Positions 41,402 through 49,648 of a DNA stretch of 64,000 nt are shown here, in pieces. Each line of letters starts with the position of its first letter. Position 1 is the first letter of the stretch. The stretch covers positions 35,044 through 99,043 of the forward strand of contig CAZCQP010000003.1 in assembly GCA_964500895.1 (NCBI GenBank), written 5' to 3'. A model generated the notes under the pieces. It worked only from the letters and a program-made list of their open reading frames with translations, had not been told where the DNA came from and ran no database searches. Made by a program: the position numbers and the translations under genes. Source of the DNA: an uncultured Eubacteriales bacterium. Its GTDB lineage: Bacteria; Bacillota; Clostridia; Lachnospirales; JAISER01.

Positions 41402-41567
41402 AGAAGCTGTATTCAATAATGGGTTGCCCGAATTTGAAACAGCGATTTTTCGCCATTTGAGGCGTGGCGGCGCAGGCATAATAGAAAAATTATGGCAAGC
41501 CGCCACAACAAAGAAGGGCGGAATAATCGCTTCAAAGGCGGGCGACAGCTTATTGAATACAGATTCT
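41402..41567 (+). repeat. MITE-like repeat, copy B
   Basis: Termini AGAAGCTGTATTCAATAA and TTATTGAATACAGATTCT (17/18 as inverted repeats). The interior is homologous to copy A. Confidence 0.65.
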
Positions 41568-41707
41568 TACATAAATAACAACCAGAACCCACAAATAAGC
41601 AGAATGGCCGCTATTAGCGCTCCTGCACTGCTTAATAATAGACCCAGAAACATGCCAAGCCCAAATAAAAAAGCACACAGACCGCATATTCTGCGCCGAA
41701 AGCACAT
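41567..41707 (-). CDS. Possible small membrane protein (46 aa, below the ORF-track cutoff)
   Basis: Hand translation: MCFRRRICGLCAFLFGLGMFLGLLLSSAGALIAAILLICGFWLLFM, preceded by AAAGGTGGG. No family recognised. Confidence 0.3.
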   Translation of the reverse strand: MCFRRRICGLCAFLFGLGMFLGLLLSSAGALIAAILLICGFWLLFM

Positions 41708-41867
41708 AGGGCATCCCACCTTTCCCGGTTGTTGCGTTGCCATTTTAAGAATTTTATAGTATGTATGTTATTCGGCATTTTTATATCATACGCCCAGGAG
41801 AAGAAAACGTGCACGTCCTTTTCCATGGAGACGGTTAAAGAGAAATATGTGAAATATGCGGTTTTCT

Positions 41868-41900
41868 TTCATAGAAACCCATTTGTCTTCATATACATTG
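41868..41900 (+). promoter_or_regulatory. SigmaE-like (mother-cell) promoter candidate for spoIIID
   Basis: tcATAg - 16 nt - CATATACATT, compared with the B. subtilis sigmaE pattern ATA-N16-18-CATACA-T. It lies ~35 nt upstream of the spoIIID RBS. Confidence 0.4.
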
Positions 41901-41933
41901 TAAAAATGAAATGTGTTAAGGAGGGGCAATTTC

Positions 41934-42048
41934 TTGAAAACTTATATTGAAGAAAGAGCCGTGGAAGTGGCAAATTTTATTATTAAAAACGATGCAACCG
42001 TCCGTGAGACAGCCAAAAAATTTGGCATTAGCAAATCTACTGTACATA
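41934..42048 (+). pseudogene. spoIIID: spoIIID, 5' part of a split gene (38 codons with the HTH; TTG start)
   Basis: LKTYIEERAVEVANFIIKNDATVRETAKKFGISKSTVH after RBS AAGGAGGGG. It then reads MDVI-stop (42060..42062) instead of the conserved KDVTERL. Confidence 0.85.
42044..42048. other. attL core of element 2 (ACATA, repeated at 63729..63733)
   Basis: This is the only sequence shared at the two spoIIID break points, and it is in the same codon phase. Confidence 0.7.
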
Positions 42049-42282
42049 TGGATGTCATATAAAAGAACGTTTCTTAGGTGTGAGGTATTTAAGCAAATGA
42101 TGGTGTGGGCGTTGCACAAAAAAAAATGGTGTTTTTTACGACCATATTTTATTGTAACAACCCAATTTAATAAATAAAACATTTTTGTTTTTGGTTTGTT
42201 TTTTTTAATAAATTTTTGGTTTGGGGTGTAAAAAAAAAATTGGGTTTTGTTTTACCAAATTTTTTTAGTGGAACGCCCACTT

Positions 42283-42450
42283 TTAAGTAAGAACGCCTTT
42301 TTGCTTTTCTTCTGTGTTTATACTGCGCTCGACAGACTCGGCAAGCCTTGTCCGTACCAGTTCTGCGCAAATTTTTATCAGCTCGTCAACCACCTGATGC
42401 ACCGGGTTCGGGTTATGAAAGGTTATGTGCAGGTGTTGCGGCTTTTTCAA
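42283..42450 (-). CDS. Small element-end protein (55 aa, TTG start), candidate directionality factor or regulator
   Basis: Hand translation: LKKPQHLHITFHNPNPVHQVVDELIKICAELVRTRLAESVERSINTEEKQKGVLT after AAAGGGGG. Same position, orientation and pattern as 424..624. Confidence 0.4.
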   Translation of the reverse strand: MKKPQHLHITFHNPNPVHQVVDELIKICAELVRTRLAESVERSINTEEKQKGVLT

Positions 42451-42519
42451 GCAAGCACCCCCTTTTTGCTTTACACCATTCTATGTCCTTAAACCCGTAT
42501 AAATGAAAAACAAAAAATG

Positions 42520-43752
42520 TTATAATTCTTCTTGGCCACGTTTGGCCATTTTAAAGTGATACATCAATTTATCTGCTTGCTCCAACAGTTCATCCACATT
42601 AAATGGCGTATCTTGTGCCACCTCCACAATGCCGTAGCTGATGGATGGCTGGTACGGCAGCTTTTCTTGGTGCTGTAAGCGCATAATTTCTACATTTGCC
42701 TGTTCTATCTTTTCTAAAGCCACATACTTCGGGCAGTTTGGAAGCAGCACAACAAATTCGTCCCCGCCCAAACGGGAAATGATATCGTTTTTTCTGAATG
42801 CATGGACTAAAATTTGAACAATCCATTGTAAATACCCATCCCCAGCAGCATGTCCAAACGTGTCATTCACCACTTTAAGCTTATCTACATCTACAAAACA
42901 CAAAGAAAAGCTTTGTTGGCTGGATAAAAGTTCGGCTATTTTTTCAAGGCAATACCTTCTGTTGTACACGGACGTCAGTGAATCAAAGTAGGCAATACTC
43001 TCCAGGCGCACTTTGCTCATGGTGGTCTCTAATAAATCGTGTTCCAGTGCCCGGGCCCGGCGCTCTGTTTCCAGGGTTTTGCTCATGCTTATGCCGTAGG
43101 ACAGGGTGATGTAGTACAAGCAAGCCAAAATAATAGGTGTTAGCAAATTAAGCAGTGTCAGTTCCACATAGGCGATGTTGTAGCCGTGGGTACCTGAAAA
43201 TATAAGCAAATAGATAAATAACAAAAAACCCAAAGAGGCGAAATAAACTTCATGCACTTTAGCCTGTGCAAATACGGCCAATTCGCTGAAGGTAACAAAT
43301 TTTTCAATGCGGAATAAAAACATAAAAATGTCCAAAAGCAAAAAGCTAATGGCTAGGCTTAGGTTGTACATGGTATCATTTCCAGAAATTTGGTTAATGG
43401 GTTGCAGGGTGACTAATGCAAAGCTGGATAAGATGATATTCCGAAGCGCTACAATGTTAAACATAAAAGTGCTGGCAACATAAATGATGCGTCTAACCGA
43501 AAGATGGTAAAAAAATAAAAACTCTAAAGAAATGGTGACGAAACCAGCCATATAAACAAAATAAATGTGAAAGCCTAAAGCGGAAAACAACAAATAAATA
43601 GCCGTATTCATTAAAGACATGAGTATTTTGGCTATAGGCTTTAAACGGACTGATGATAGGGCGTTTTCAATGTATGTAAAACCCACATAGTTATAAAACA
43701 CAAAAGAAATGCCACAAAAGAAACGTGCAAACCAAAACCAGCTCATTTCCAT
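42520..43752 (-). CDS. Membrane-anchored GGDEF diguanylate cyclase
   Basis: About 7 hydrophobic helices, then a GGDEF domain (RLGGDEFVVLL). Confidence 0.85.
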   Translation of the reverse strand: MEMSWFWFARFFCGISFVFYNYVGFTYIENALSSVRLKPIAKILMSLMNTAIYLLFSALGFHIYFVYMAGFVTISLEFLFFYHLSVRRIIYVASTFMFNIVALRNIILSSFALVTLQPINQISGNDTMYNLSLAISFLLLDIFMFLFRIEKFVTFSELAVFAQAKVHEVYFASLGFLLFIYLLIFSGTHGYNIAYVELTLLNLLTPIILACLYYITLSYGISMSKTLETERRARALEHDLLETTMSKVRLESIAYFDSLTSVYNRRYCLEKIAELLSSQQSFSLCFVDVDKLKVVNDTFGHAAGDGYLQWIVQILVHAFRKNDIISRLGGDEFVVLLPNCPKYVALEKIEQANVEIMRLQHQEKLPYQPSISYGIVEVAQDTPFNVDELLEQADKLMYHFKMAKRGQEEL

Positions 43753-43944
43753 GGCACCGGCCCCCTGTCTTTTCGGCGTGTTTAAGTATCAGTTTCTGTA
43801 TTATACTTCCACATATTGTAAGCAGTCAAGAAAACTTTTTTCAACGTTTCTCATGACAGTTTTCTTAATGCAATAGACATGCATGGCAAAATATTGTATG
43901 ATGTTTTTGCTTAACCTATTCAAAATGATGCAGAGGGATAACTG

Positions 43945-44868
43945 ATGGTAAACATACTCATGGCCACCTATAATGGTGAAAAATATTTAAAGGCGCAGCT
44001 GGATTCTCTTTTAAGCCAAACATTTGATGCATGGCAGTTGTTTGCCTGCGACGATGGCTCCAGTGACCACACATACGCCATATTACAGGATTATGCCAGC
44101 CGGGACGGGCGCATTCACATCAGTTGCAATGCCCAAAACACCGGAGGCGCTAAATATAACTTTTTTGGGCTAATGCAAAGACATAAGTCCGGCTATGTCA
44201 TGCTGTGTGACCAGGACGATGTATGGCTGCCTGAGAAAATTGAACGAACATTGCAAAAAATGCATGAAATGGAGGCGCAATTTAGCAGTGATACCCCCAT
44301 TCTTGTGCACACGGATTTAAAAGTGACAGATGGGACCCTTCATATTTTGTCCCATTCTTATGAGCACTACACCAAAGCCAATTTTGACAATACGGCTTTG
44401 TGCCATTTACTGACGGAAAACATTGCCGTGGGTTGTACAGTGATGTATAACCAGGCATTGGCGGCTTTTGTTGGTGAAATGCCTTCTTTTTTCATTATGC
44501 ATGATTTTTGGATGGCACAAACAGCGGCCATCTTTGGAAAAGTGGGGCATGTGGATGCCCCCACCATTTTATACCGGCAGCACGCCAATAACAGCAATGG
44601 GGCAAAGAACTTCCGCAATCTGTTTGCTGTGATACGGCTTGCACTTAACATTGATTTTCTTAAAACAAACCTTTCCAACACCTATTTGCAGGCAAATAGT
44701 TTGCTTCAAGCATACGAAGGCCGGTTGCCGGAAGCTGAAAAAGCCCTCTTGTTGGCTTATTGCAGCATTCCTTCATTACGTAAATGGAACCGCTGGCTAA
44801 TGCTGATTCGTCTGAAAACCTTAAAGCATAGCTTCCTTCGGAAGGTTGGCCACTTTTTGTTGGTGTAA
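43945..44868 (+). CDS. Family 2 glycosyltransferase (rhamnosyltransferase-like)
   Basis: ILMATYNGEKYLKAQLDSLLSQT...CDDGSSD...DQDD motifs. Confidence 0.8.
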   Translation: MVNILMATYNGEKYLKAQLDSLLSQTFDAWQLFACDDGSSDHTYAILQDYASRDGRIHISCNAQNTGGAKYNFFGLMQRHKSGYVMLCDQDDVWLPEKIERTLQKMHEMEAQFSSDTPILVHTDLKVTDGTLHILSHSYEHYTKANFDNTALCHLLTENIAVGCTVMYNQALAAFVGEMPSFFIMHDFWMAQTAAIFGKVGHVDAPTILYRQHANNSNGAKNFRNLFAVIRLALNIDFLKTNLSNTYLQANSLLQAYEGRLPEAEKALLLAYCSIPSLRKWNRWLMLIRLKTLKHSFLRKVGHFLLV

Positions 44869-44993
44869 CGCATATTCTGCGCTTGGCTTGTAACAAATGT
44901 TGGACAAGGTAGAACAATTGCTGTAAAATAGGTTATTATAAAAAAGCAAAGGTTATTTTGGCTTTTTACTTGTATAGACATGGAGGAATACAT

Positions 44994-45872
44994 ATGAAAG
45001 GTATTATTTTAGCCGGTGGCGCAGGAACACGATTATTTCCTTCTACATTAGCTGTATCAAAGCAAATGTTGACCATTTACGACAAACCTATGATTTATTA
45101 TCCTTTATCTACCTTGATGCTTTCCGGCATTCGGGAGGTACTTATTATCTCTACCCCTAGAGATTTGCCTATGTTTGAGGCCTTGTTAGGAGACGGCAAA
45201 AAGCTGGGCATGTCTTTTCAGTATATTGTGCAAGAAGCGCCCAAAGGGCTGGCGGAAGCTTTTATTTTGGGAGAAGACTTTATCGGAAAAGACAATGTCA
45301 CCCTGGTATTGGGGGATAATATTTTTTATGGTTACGGTTTTTCGGCAAGGTTGATGCAAACCGTGCAGCAAGTGGAAACAAACGAGGGCGCTGTTATTTT
45401 TGGGTACCATGTGTCTAACCCCAGTGATTTTGGTGTGGTGGACTTTGACCGGGAAGGTAACGTATTGTCTATTGAAGAGAAGCCCAAAGCGCCAAAATCT
45501 AACTATGCAGTGCCCGGTCTTTATTTTTATGACAATCAGGTGGTGGACATTGCAAAAGGGGTAACCCCTTCTGCTCGAGGTGAACTGGAAATAACGGCAG
45601 TGAACAATGCTTATTTAGCCATGACTAAGCTAAAAGTAGAGCTGTTTGGCCGTGGGATGGCTTGGCTGGACACTGGGACACACCGGGCAATGCTGGAAGC
45701 CGCCAACTTTATTGAAACGGTGCAAACCAGGCAAGGGCTTTATGTGGCATGTATTGAAGAAATTGCGTACCGGCAGGGGTTTATCAATGCCTCCGCACTT
45801 TACGGGCTGGGTGAAGCGCTTAAATATACCGAATACGGGCAATATATTATGGAGTTGGCAAACGGTGTGTAA
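44994..45872 (+). CDS. rfbA: Glucose-1-phosphate thymidylyltransferase
   Basis: [48 protein letters not shown] lies before the ATG at 44994. Confidence 0.93.
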   Translation: MKGIILAGGAGTRLFPSTLAVSKQMLTIYDKPMIYYPLSTLMLSGIREVLIISTPRDLPMFEALLGDGKKLGMSFQYIVQEAPKGLAEAFILGEDFIGKDNVTLVLGDNIFYGYGFSARLMQTVQQVETNEGAVIFGYHVSNPSDFGVVDFDREGNVLSIEEKPKAPKSNYAVPGLYFYDNQVVDIAKGVTPSARGELEITAVNNAYLAMTKLKVELFGRGMAWLDTGTHRAMLEAANFIETVQTRQGLYVACIEEIAYRQGFINASALYGLGEALKYTEYGQYIMELANGV

Positions 45873-45914
45873 GGCAGCAATAATTAAAAAATATTTTTTT
45901 ATGTTTCTTGCTTT

Positions 45915-45945
45915 TTAACCTCACCAGTTATGCTGGTGAGGTTAA
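45915..45945 (+). terminator. Rho-independent terminator after rfbA
   Basis: TTAACCTCACCAG / CTGGTGAGGTTAA 13-bp stem. Confidence 0.6.
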
Positions 45946-46235
45946 AAAGGTTAATAGCATCAGCGCTGACTAATAATAAATGCACTTTGTATAAAAAGCT
46001 ACTGCTTCTACTTCAATGTAATTAGTGCAAGATTTGATGTTTTACGTTCCTTATATAGGGGCGGAACCAGCATAACTGCCAACTATAGTCAACAAAGAAG
46101 CAGACCGTAAGAACAGTTTGAAAATTGGTGAATGCTGTCTTATATTTGAATAAAATGAGTTGTCAACGGTGGCAACTTCCGAAGGATCTTCCAACGTGTA
46201 GAAATGTTTCTTAATTGTATTTGGTTTGAACGCTT

Positions 46236-47022
46236 TTAGAACCTGTTTGCTATCTATCAAACCACAATGGCTTGATGTATAATTATATGAAAAAATTATA
46301 CATAGGAGCGAAAAATGAGAGCTGCATATCCAAGCGACGTAACCCGTGCGCAGTTTGAAGGCATACGTCATTATTTTGATACTAACAAGAAAAAATCAAC
46401 ATTTACGACATATTCTGTGCAGTTCTTTATGTGTTGCGGGAAGGTTGTAGGTGGCGTTCTCTACCACATGACTATCCCAAATGGAAGAATTGTTATAAAC
46501 ATTATAGGATATGAGATGCAAAAGGGCCTGATGGTAAAAGCCATCTTGGACAAAGCCCTTGAAAACCGCTCCCATTTGGTCTGTTACATTTGCGGTAGTC
46601 CGTCTATGGCGTGAGGAAGCTCCAGGGTATCAACCCCGATATGAATTTTAACCCCGGACACTTTTTCCCACCGTCATAGCCTTTTTCTTCGGCGGTGAAA
46701 GCGCTCTTTACACTCTTGGAATCAGTAATACTCATGGTGGTTTTGGGTTTCTGCCTTTGACAATGCGTTATGACATAACTAATTATGAAACCTTCTCCCC
46801 AAACCTTGCCAACATTATTAAAGTGCTTTGTGATGGTGATTTTACGGGCAAACCATTTGCTGATGCTATTATGAACTAATCAAAGCTGAAGTGGAAATAG
46901 CAAAATGCAAAGAACTTCACACATTTTTAGTTATCCCTATGCTTTGAGTAGTCGAGAGAACTTTCATTGCTTTTAAAGATGGTAAACAGGTTCTTGCAAC
47001 GTTATTGAATACAGGGTTCTTA
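46236..47022 (+). mobile_element. Decayed IS5-like insertion sequence (frameshifted, internally deleted transposase; central ~225 bp inverted)
   Basis: + strand: MRAAYPSDVTRAQFEGIR, LPHDYPKWKNCYKHYRIW. - strand at 46545..46772: TTMSITDSKSVKSAFTAEEKGYDGGKK, VDTLELPHA. + strand again: VLCDGDFTGKPFADAI, NAKNFTHF, SLLLK..RY-stop. Right terminus TTATTGAATACAGGGTTCTTA. Confidence 0.7.
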
Positions 47023-47252
47023 TAATATTCTGTAAAAGCGCTCAACACCTCAAAGCTCTATAAAGACAACGATTTTCAAAAATTATGCATGACTGCCTGC
47101 TTAATTACCATAGTATACTGGTACTTCTAGCTGGCGGGAGTGAAAGTGATTCCGTGGTTTTCAAGTAAATGTTGAATTTTTTAGCAAAATATAGTACAAT
47201 AAGAAATATGTTTAAATCACAGCATTTAATTTGACTTGTTTTAATTTTTATA

Positions 47253-48047
47253 TTGAAGGAAGGTTATACTACGAAAACTTATGTTGATACGTTTTTAAGA
47301 TTCAGAATATTACTTTACGACTTAGTTTTGAGAGATATTAAAGTAAAGTATCGCCGTTCTGTTTTGGGTGTTGTGTGGAGTGTTTTGAATCCTTTACTGA
47401 TGATGCTTGTTATGACAGCGGTCTTTTCGGCCGTTTTTAAAGTTAGTATACCTAACTTTCAGGGGTATTTTCTTACAGGTTTTGTCCTTTTTAATTTTTA
47501 TGGTGAGGCAACAAGTGGCGCAATGAGTTCAGTATTGGGATCGGCATCCCTTATAAAAAAGGTTTACATTCCTAAATATCTTTTTGCTGTAGAAAAAGTT
47601 TTGTTTGCTTTTATTAACTTTGCATTCGCACTTGCTGCTGTGGCTATCGTTTTGATTGCAACTAAGGTTCCTATTAAAATTACGGTTTTACTTGCTCCGA
47701 TTCCGGTTTTATATACTTTTATTTTTGCATTGGGAATTGGTCTTATACTCGCAGTCTGTGCTGTGTTTTTTAGAGATACATTACACTTATATACTGTTTT
47801 ATTGACAGCACTCAATTATTTTACCCCTATTTTTTATCCTGAAGATATTATACCGGAGAAGATACAGTGGTTATATTATTGCAATCCTCTGGTTCATTTT
47901 GTCAAATATTTTCGAAGTTGCGTGATTCATGGAGAAATTCCTGATTTGAAGACAAATTTGCTTTGTGCGGCATTTGCGTTTGGAGCGCTGATATTGGGCT
48001 TAATACTTTTTAAGAAAAAGCAAGACAGCTTTGTTCTTTATGTGTGA
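47253..48047 (+). CDS. Polysaccharide ABC exporter permease (Wzm/RgpC/TagG type)
   Basis: ABC-2 type permease. N-terminus LVLRDIKVKYRRSVLGVVWSVLNPLLMM. Confidence 0.85.
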   Translation: MKEGYTTKTYVDTFLRFRILLYDLVLRDIKVKYRRSVLGVVWSVLNPLLMMLVMTAVFSAVFKVSIPNFQGYFLTGFVLFNFYGEATSGAMSSVLGSASLIKKVYIPKYLFAVEKVLFAFINFAFALAAVAIVLIATKVPIKITVLLAPIPVLYTFIFALGIGLILAVCAVFFRDTLHLYTVLLTALNYFTPIFYPEDIIPEKIQWLYYCNPLVHFVKYFRSCVIHGEIPDLKTNLLCAAFAFGALILGLILFKKKQDSFVLYV

Positions 48048-48060
48048 GAAGGTGTTACGA

Positions 48061-48792
48061 ATGAACATTATAGAAGTACAGAACGTTTCAATGGTTTTTA
48101 ATCTTCTAAGAGAGCCAGTGTTTTCATTGAAAGAATATGTCATCAGCTTTTTAAAGGGACGTGTTCAGGTGGAAGAGTTTGTTGCGCTGTCTAATGTTAG
48201 TTTCGAAATAAAAAAGGGTGAAGTCTTTGGTATTGTGGGTGATAATGGAAGCGGAAAATCAACACTATTAAAGCTAATTGCAGGCGTTTATAAAGCGACA
48301 GATGGTAAGGTGAGTGTCTATGGTAAGGTTGCGCCATTAATTGAGCTTGGCGCAGGCTTTGACATGGACCTAACTGCCAGAGAAAATATTTTTTTAAATG
48401 GACTAATTCTTGGGTATACTAGAGAGTATATAATTGGGAAGTTTGATGAAATTGTTGCTTTTTCAGAAATAGGAGATTTTATTGATGTGCCTTTGAAAAA
48501 TTATTCATCGGGAATGGTTTCGCGTATTGCCTTTTCCATTGCCACTTGTACACAGCCGGATATATTAATTGCAGATGAGATTCTGTCGGTTGGAGATTTT
48601 GAATTTCAGGCTAAGTGCGAAAATCGAATTATGAACATGATGGCTAAAGGTACGACCGTAATTTTTGTTTCCCATTCCATTGATCAGGTTAAACGAATCT
48701 GTAAGAGAGCTGCCTGGCTAGATCATGGGAAGATTGTGACAATCGGTGATGTTGATTTTGTTTGTGATGCATATATTAATAAAATATATTAA
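48061..48792 (+). CDS. Polysaccharide ABC exporter ATP-binding protein (Wzt/RgpD/TagH type, no C-terminal glycan-binding extension)
   Basis: Walker A GDNGSGKST, signature YSSGM, Walker B ILIADE. Confidence 0.85.
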   Translation: MNIIEVQNVSMVFNLLREPVFSLKEYVISFLKGRVQVEEFVALSNVSFEIKKGEVFGIVGDNGSGKSTLLKLIAGVYKATDGKVSVYGKVAPLIELGAGFDMDLTARENIFLNGLILGYTREYIIGKFDEIVAFSEIGDFIDVPLKNYSSGMVSRIAFSIATCTQPDILIADEILSVGDFEFQAKCENRIMNMMAKGTTVIFVSHSIDQVKRICKRAAWLDHGKIVTIGDVDFVCDAYINKIY

Positions 48793-48810
48793 TTAAAGAG
48801 AGGTGTTTTT

Positions 48811-49644
48811 GTGACTAAAGTTTTGGTTACGGGTGCAGGCGGCTATATAGGAAGGCATATCATTTCCAAATTGCTCGACAAAGGTGCGGATGTTTCAGCA
48901 GTGGATATTGCCTTTAGTGAAATTGATTCAAGGATTAAGACAGTCATTGAGGCGGATATTTTCGATGGAGATCCACAAATATTTAAACGTTTGGGAAATC
49001 CCAACGTTTGTCTACATATGGCTTGGAAGGACGGATTTGTGCATCATTCGGATGAGCATATGTTAAATCTTTCAAAACATTATGAATTTATTAATAACAT
49101 GCTTAAAGGAGGTCTTTCACATATTGCGGTGATGGGCAGTATGCACGAGGTAGGGTATCATGAGGGTGCTATTGATGAGAACACGCCATGTAATCCTATC
49201 AGTATGTATGGTATTTCAAAGGATTCGTTAAGAAGGGCTTTGATAAGAAAGCTAGACGGCACAGATGTAGTTTGGCAGTGGATTAGGGCTTTTTATATTT
49301 ACGGTGATGACGAAAAAAATAATTCCATTTTTACAAAGCTTGTTCAAGCAGAAAAAGAAGGTAAATTAGAATTTCCTTTTACAACAGGTAAGAATAAATA
49401 TGATTTTATAAGTGTGACTGAATTGGCCGATCAAATCTCGGCTTGTGTTTTGCAAGATAAAATTACAGGAATTATCAACTGTTGTAGTGGAAGGCCAGTG
49501 TCGCTAGCTGAGCAAGTTGAGAAATTTATAGCTCAAAAGGGACTTAAAATTAGGCTTAAATATGGGGCGTTTCCAGATAGAACTTATGATTCTCCTGTTG
49601 TGTTTGGAGATTCGTTAAAGATCACCAAAATTATGAGAGGTTGA
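48811..49644 (+). CDS. NAD-dependent epimerase/dehydratase family protein (GTG start)
   Basis: VLVTGAGGYIGRH Rossmann motif and YGISK catalytic motif. Confidence 0.75.
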   Translation: MTKVLVTGAGGYIGRHIISKLLDKGADVSAVDIAFSEIDSRIKTVIEADIFDGDPQIFKRLGNPNVCLHMAWKDGFVHHSDEHMLNLSKHYEFINNMLKGGLSHIAVMGSMHEVGYHEGAIDENTPCNPISMYGISKDSLRRALIRKLDGTDVVWQWIRAFYIYGDDEKNNSIFTKLVQAEKEGKLEFPFTTGKNKYDFISVTELADQISACVLQDKITGIINCCSGRPVSLAEQVEKFIAQKGLKIRLKYGAFPDRTYDSPVVFGDSLKITKIMRG

Positions 49645-49648
49645 TTTT

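Noticed and set aside
41424-41759. 111-aa plus-strand ORF upstream of spoIIID
   Set aside because: It runs straight through MITE-like copy B, whose sequence recurs inverted at 21434..21603. Its composition is repeat-driven and it has no RBS.
41947-42177. 76-aa ORF (MKKEPWKWQ...) overlapping the spoIIID 5' fragment
   Set aside because: It is an out-of-frame shadow of the spoIIID fragment that continues into A/T-tract DNA. It has no RBS and low-complexity, implausible sequence.
46107-46128. GTAAGAACAGTTTGAAAATTGG as the left terminus of the IS remnant
   Set aside because: Only the first seven bases match the family terminus. TTAGAACCTGTTTGCTATC at 46236 is a better match and lies at a sensible distance from the transposase start.
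46051-46371. 106-aa minus-strand ORF as a gene truncated by the IS
   Set aside because: Its upstream half is antisense to the transposase N-terminal remnant and the IS left terminus. There is no RBS and no recognisable family, so it is most likely spurious.
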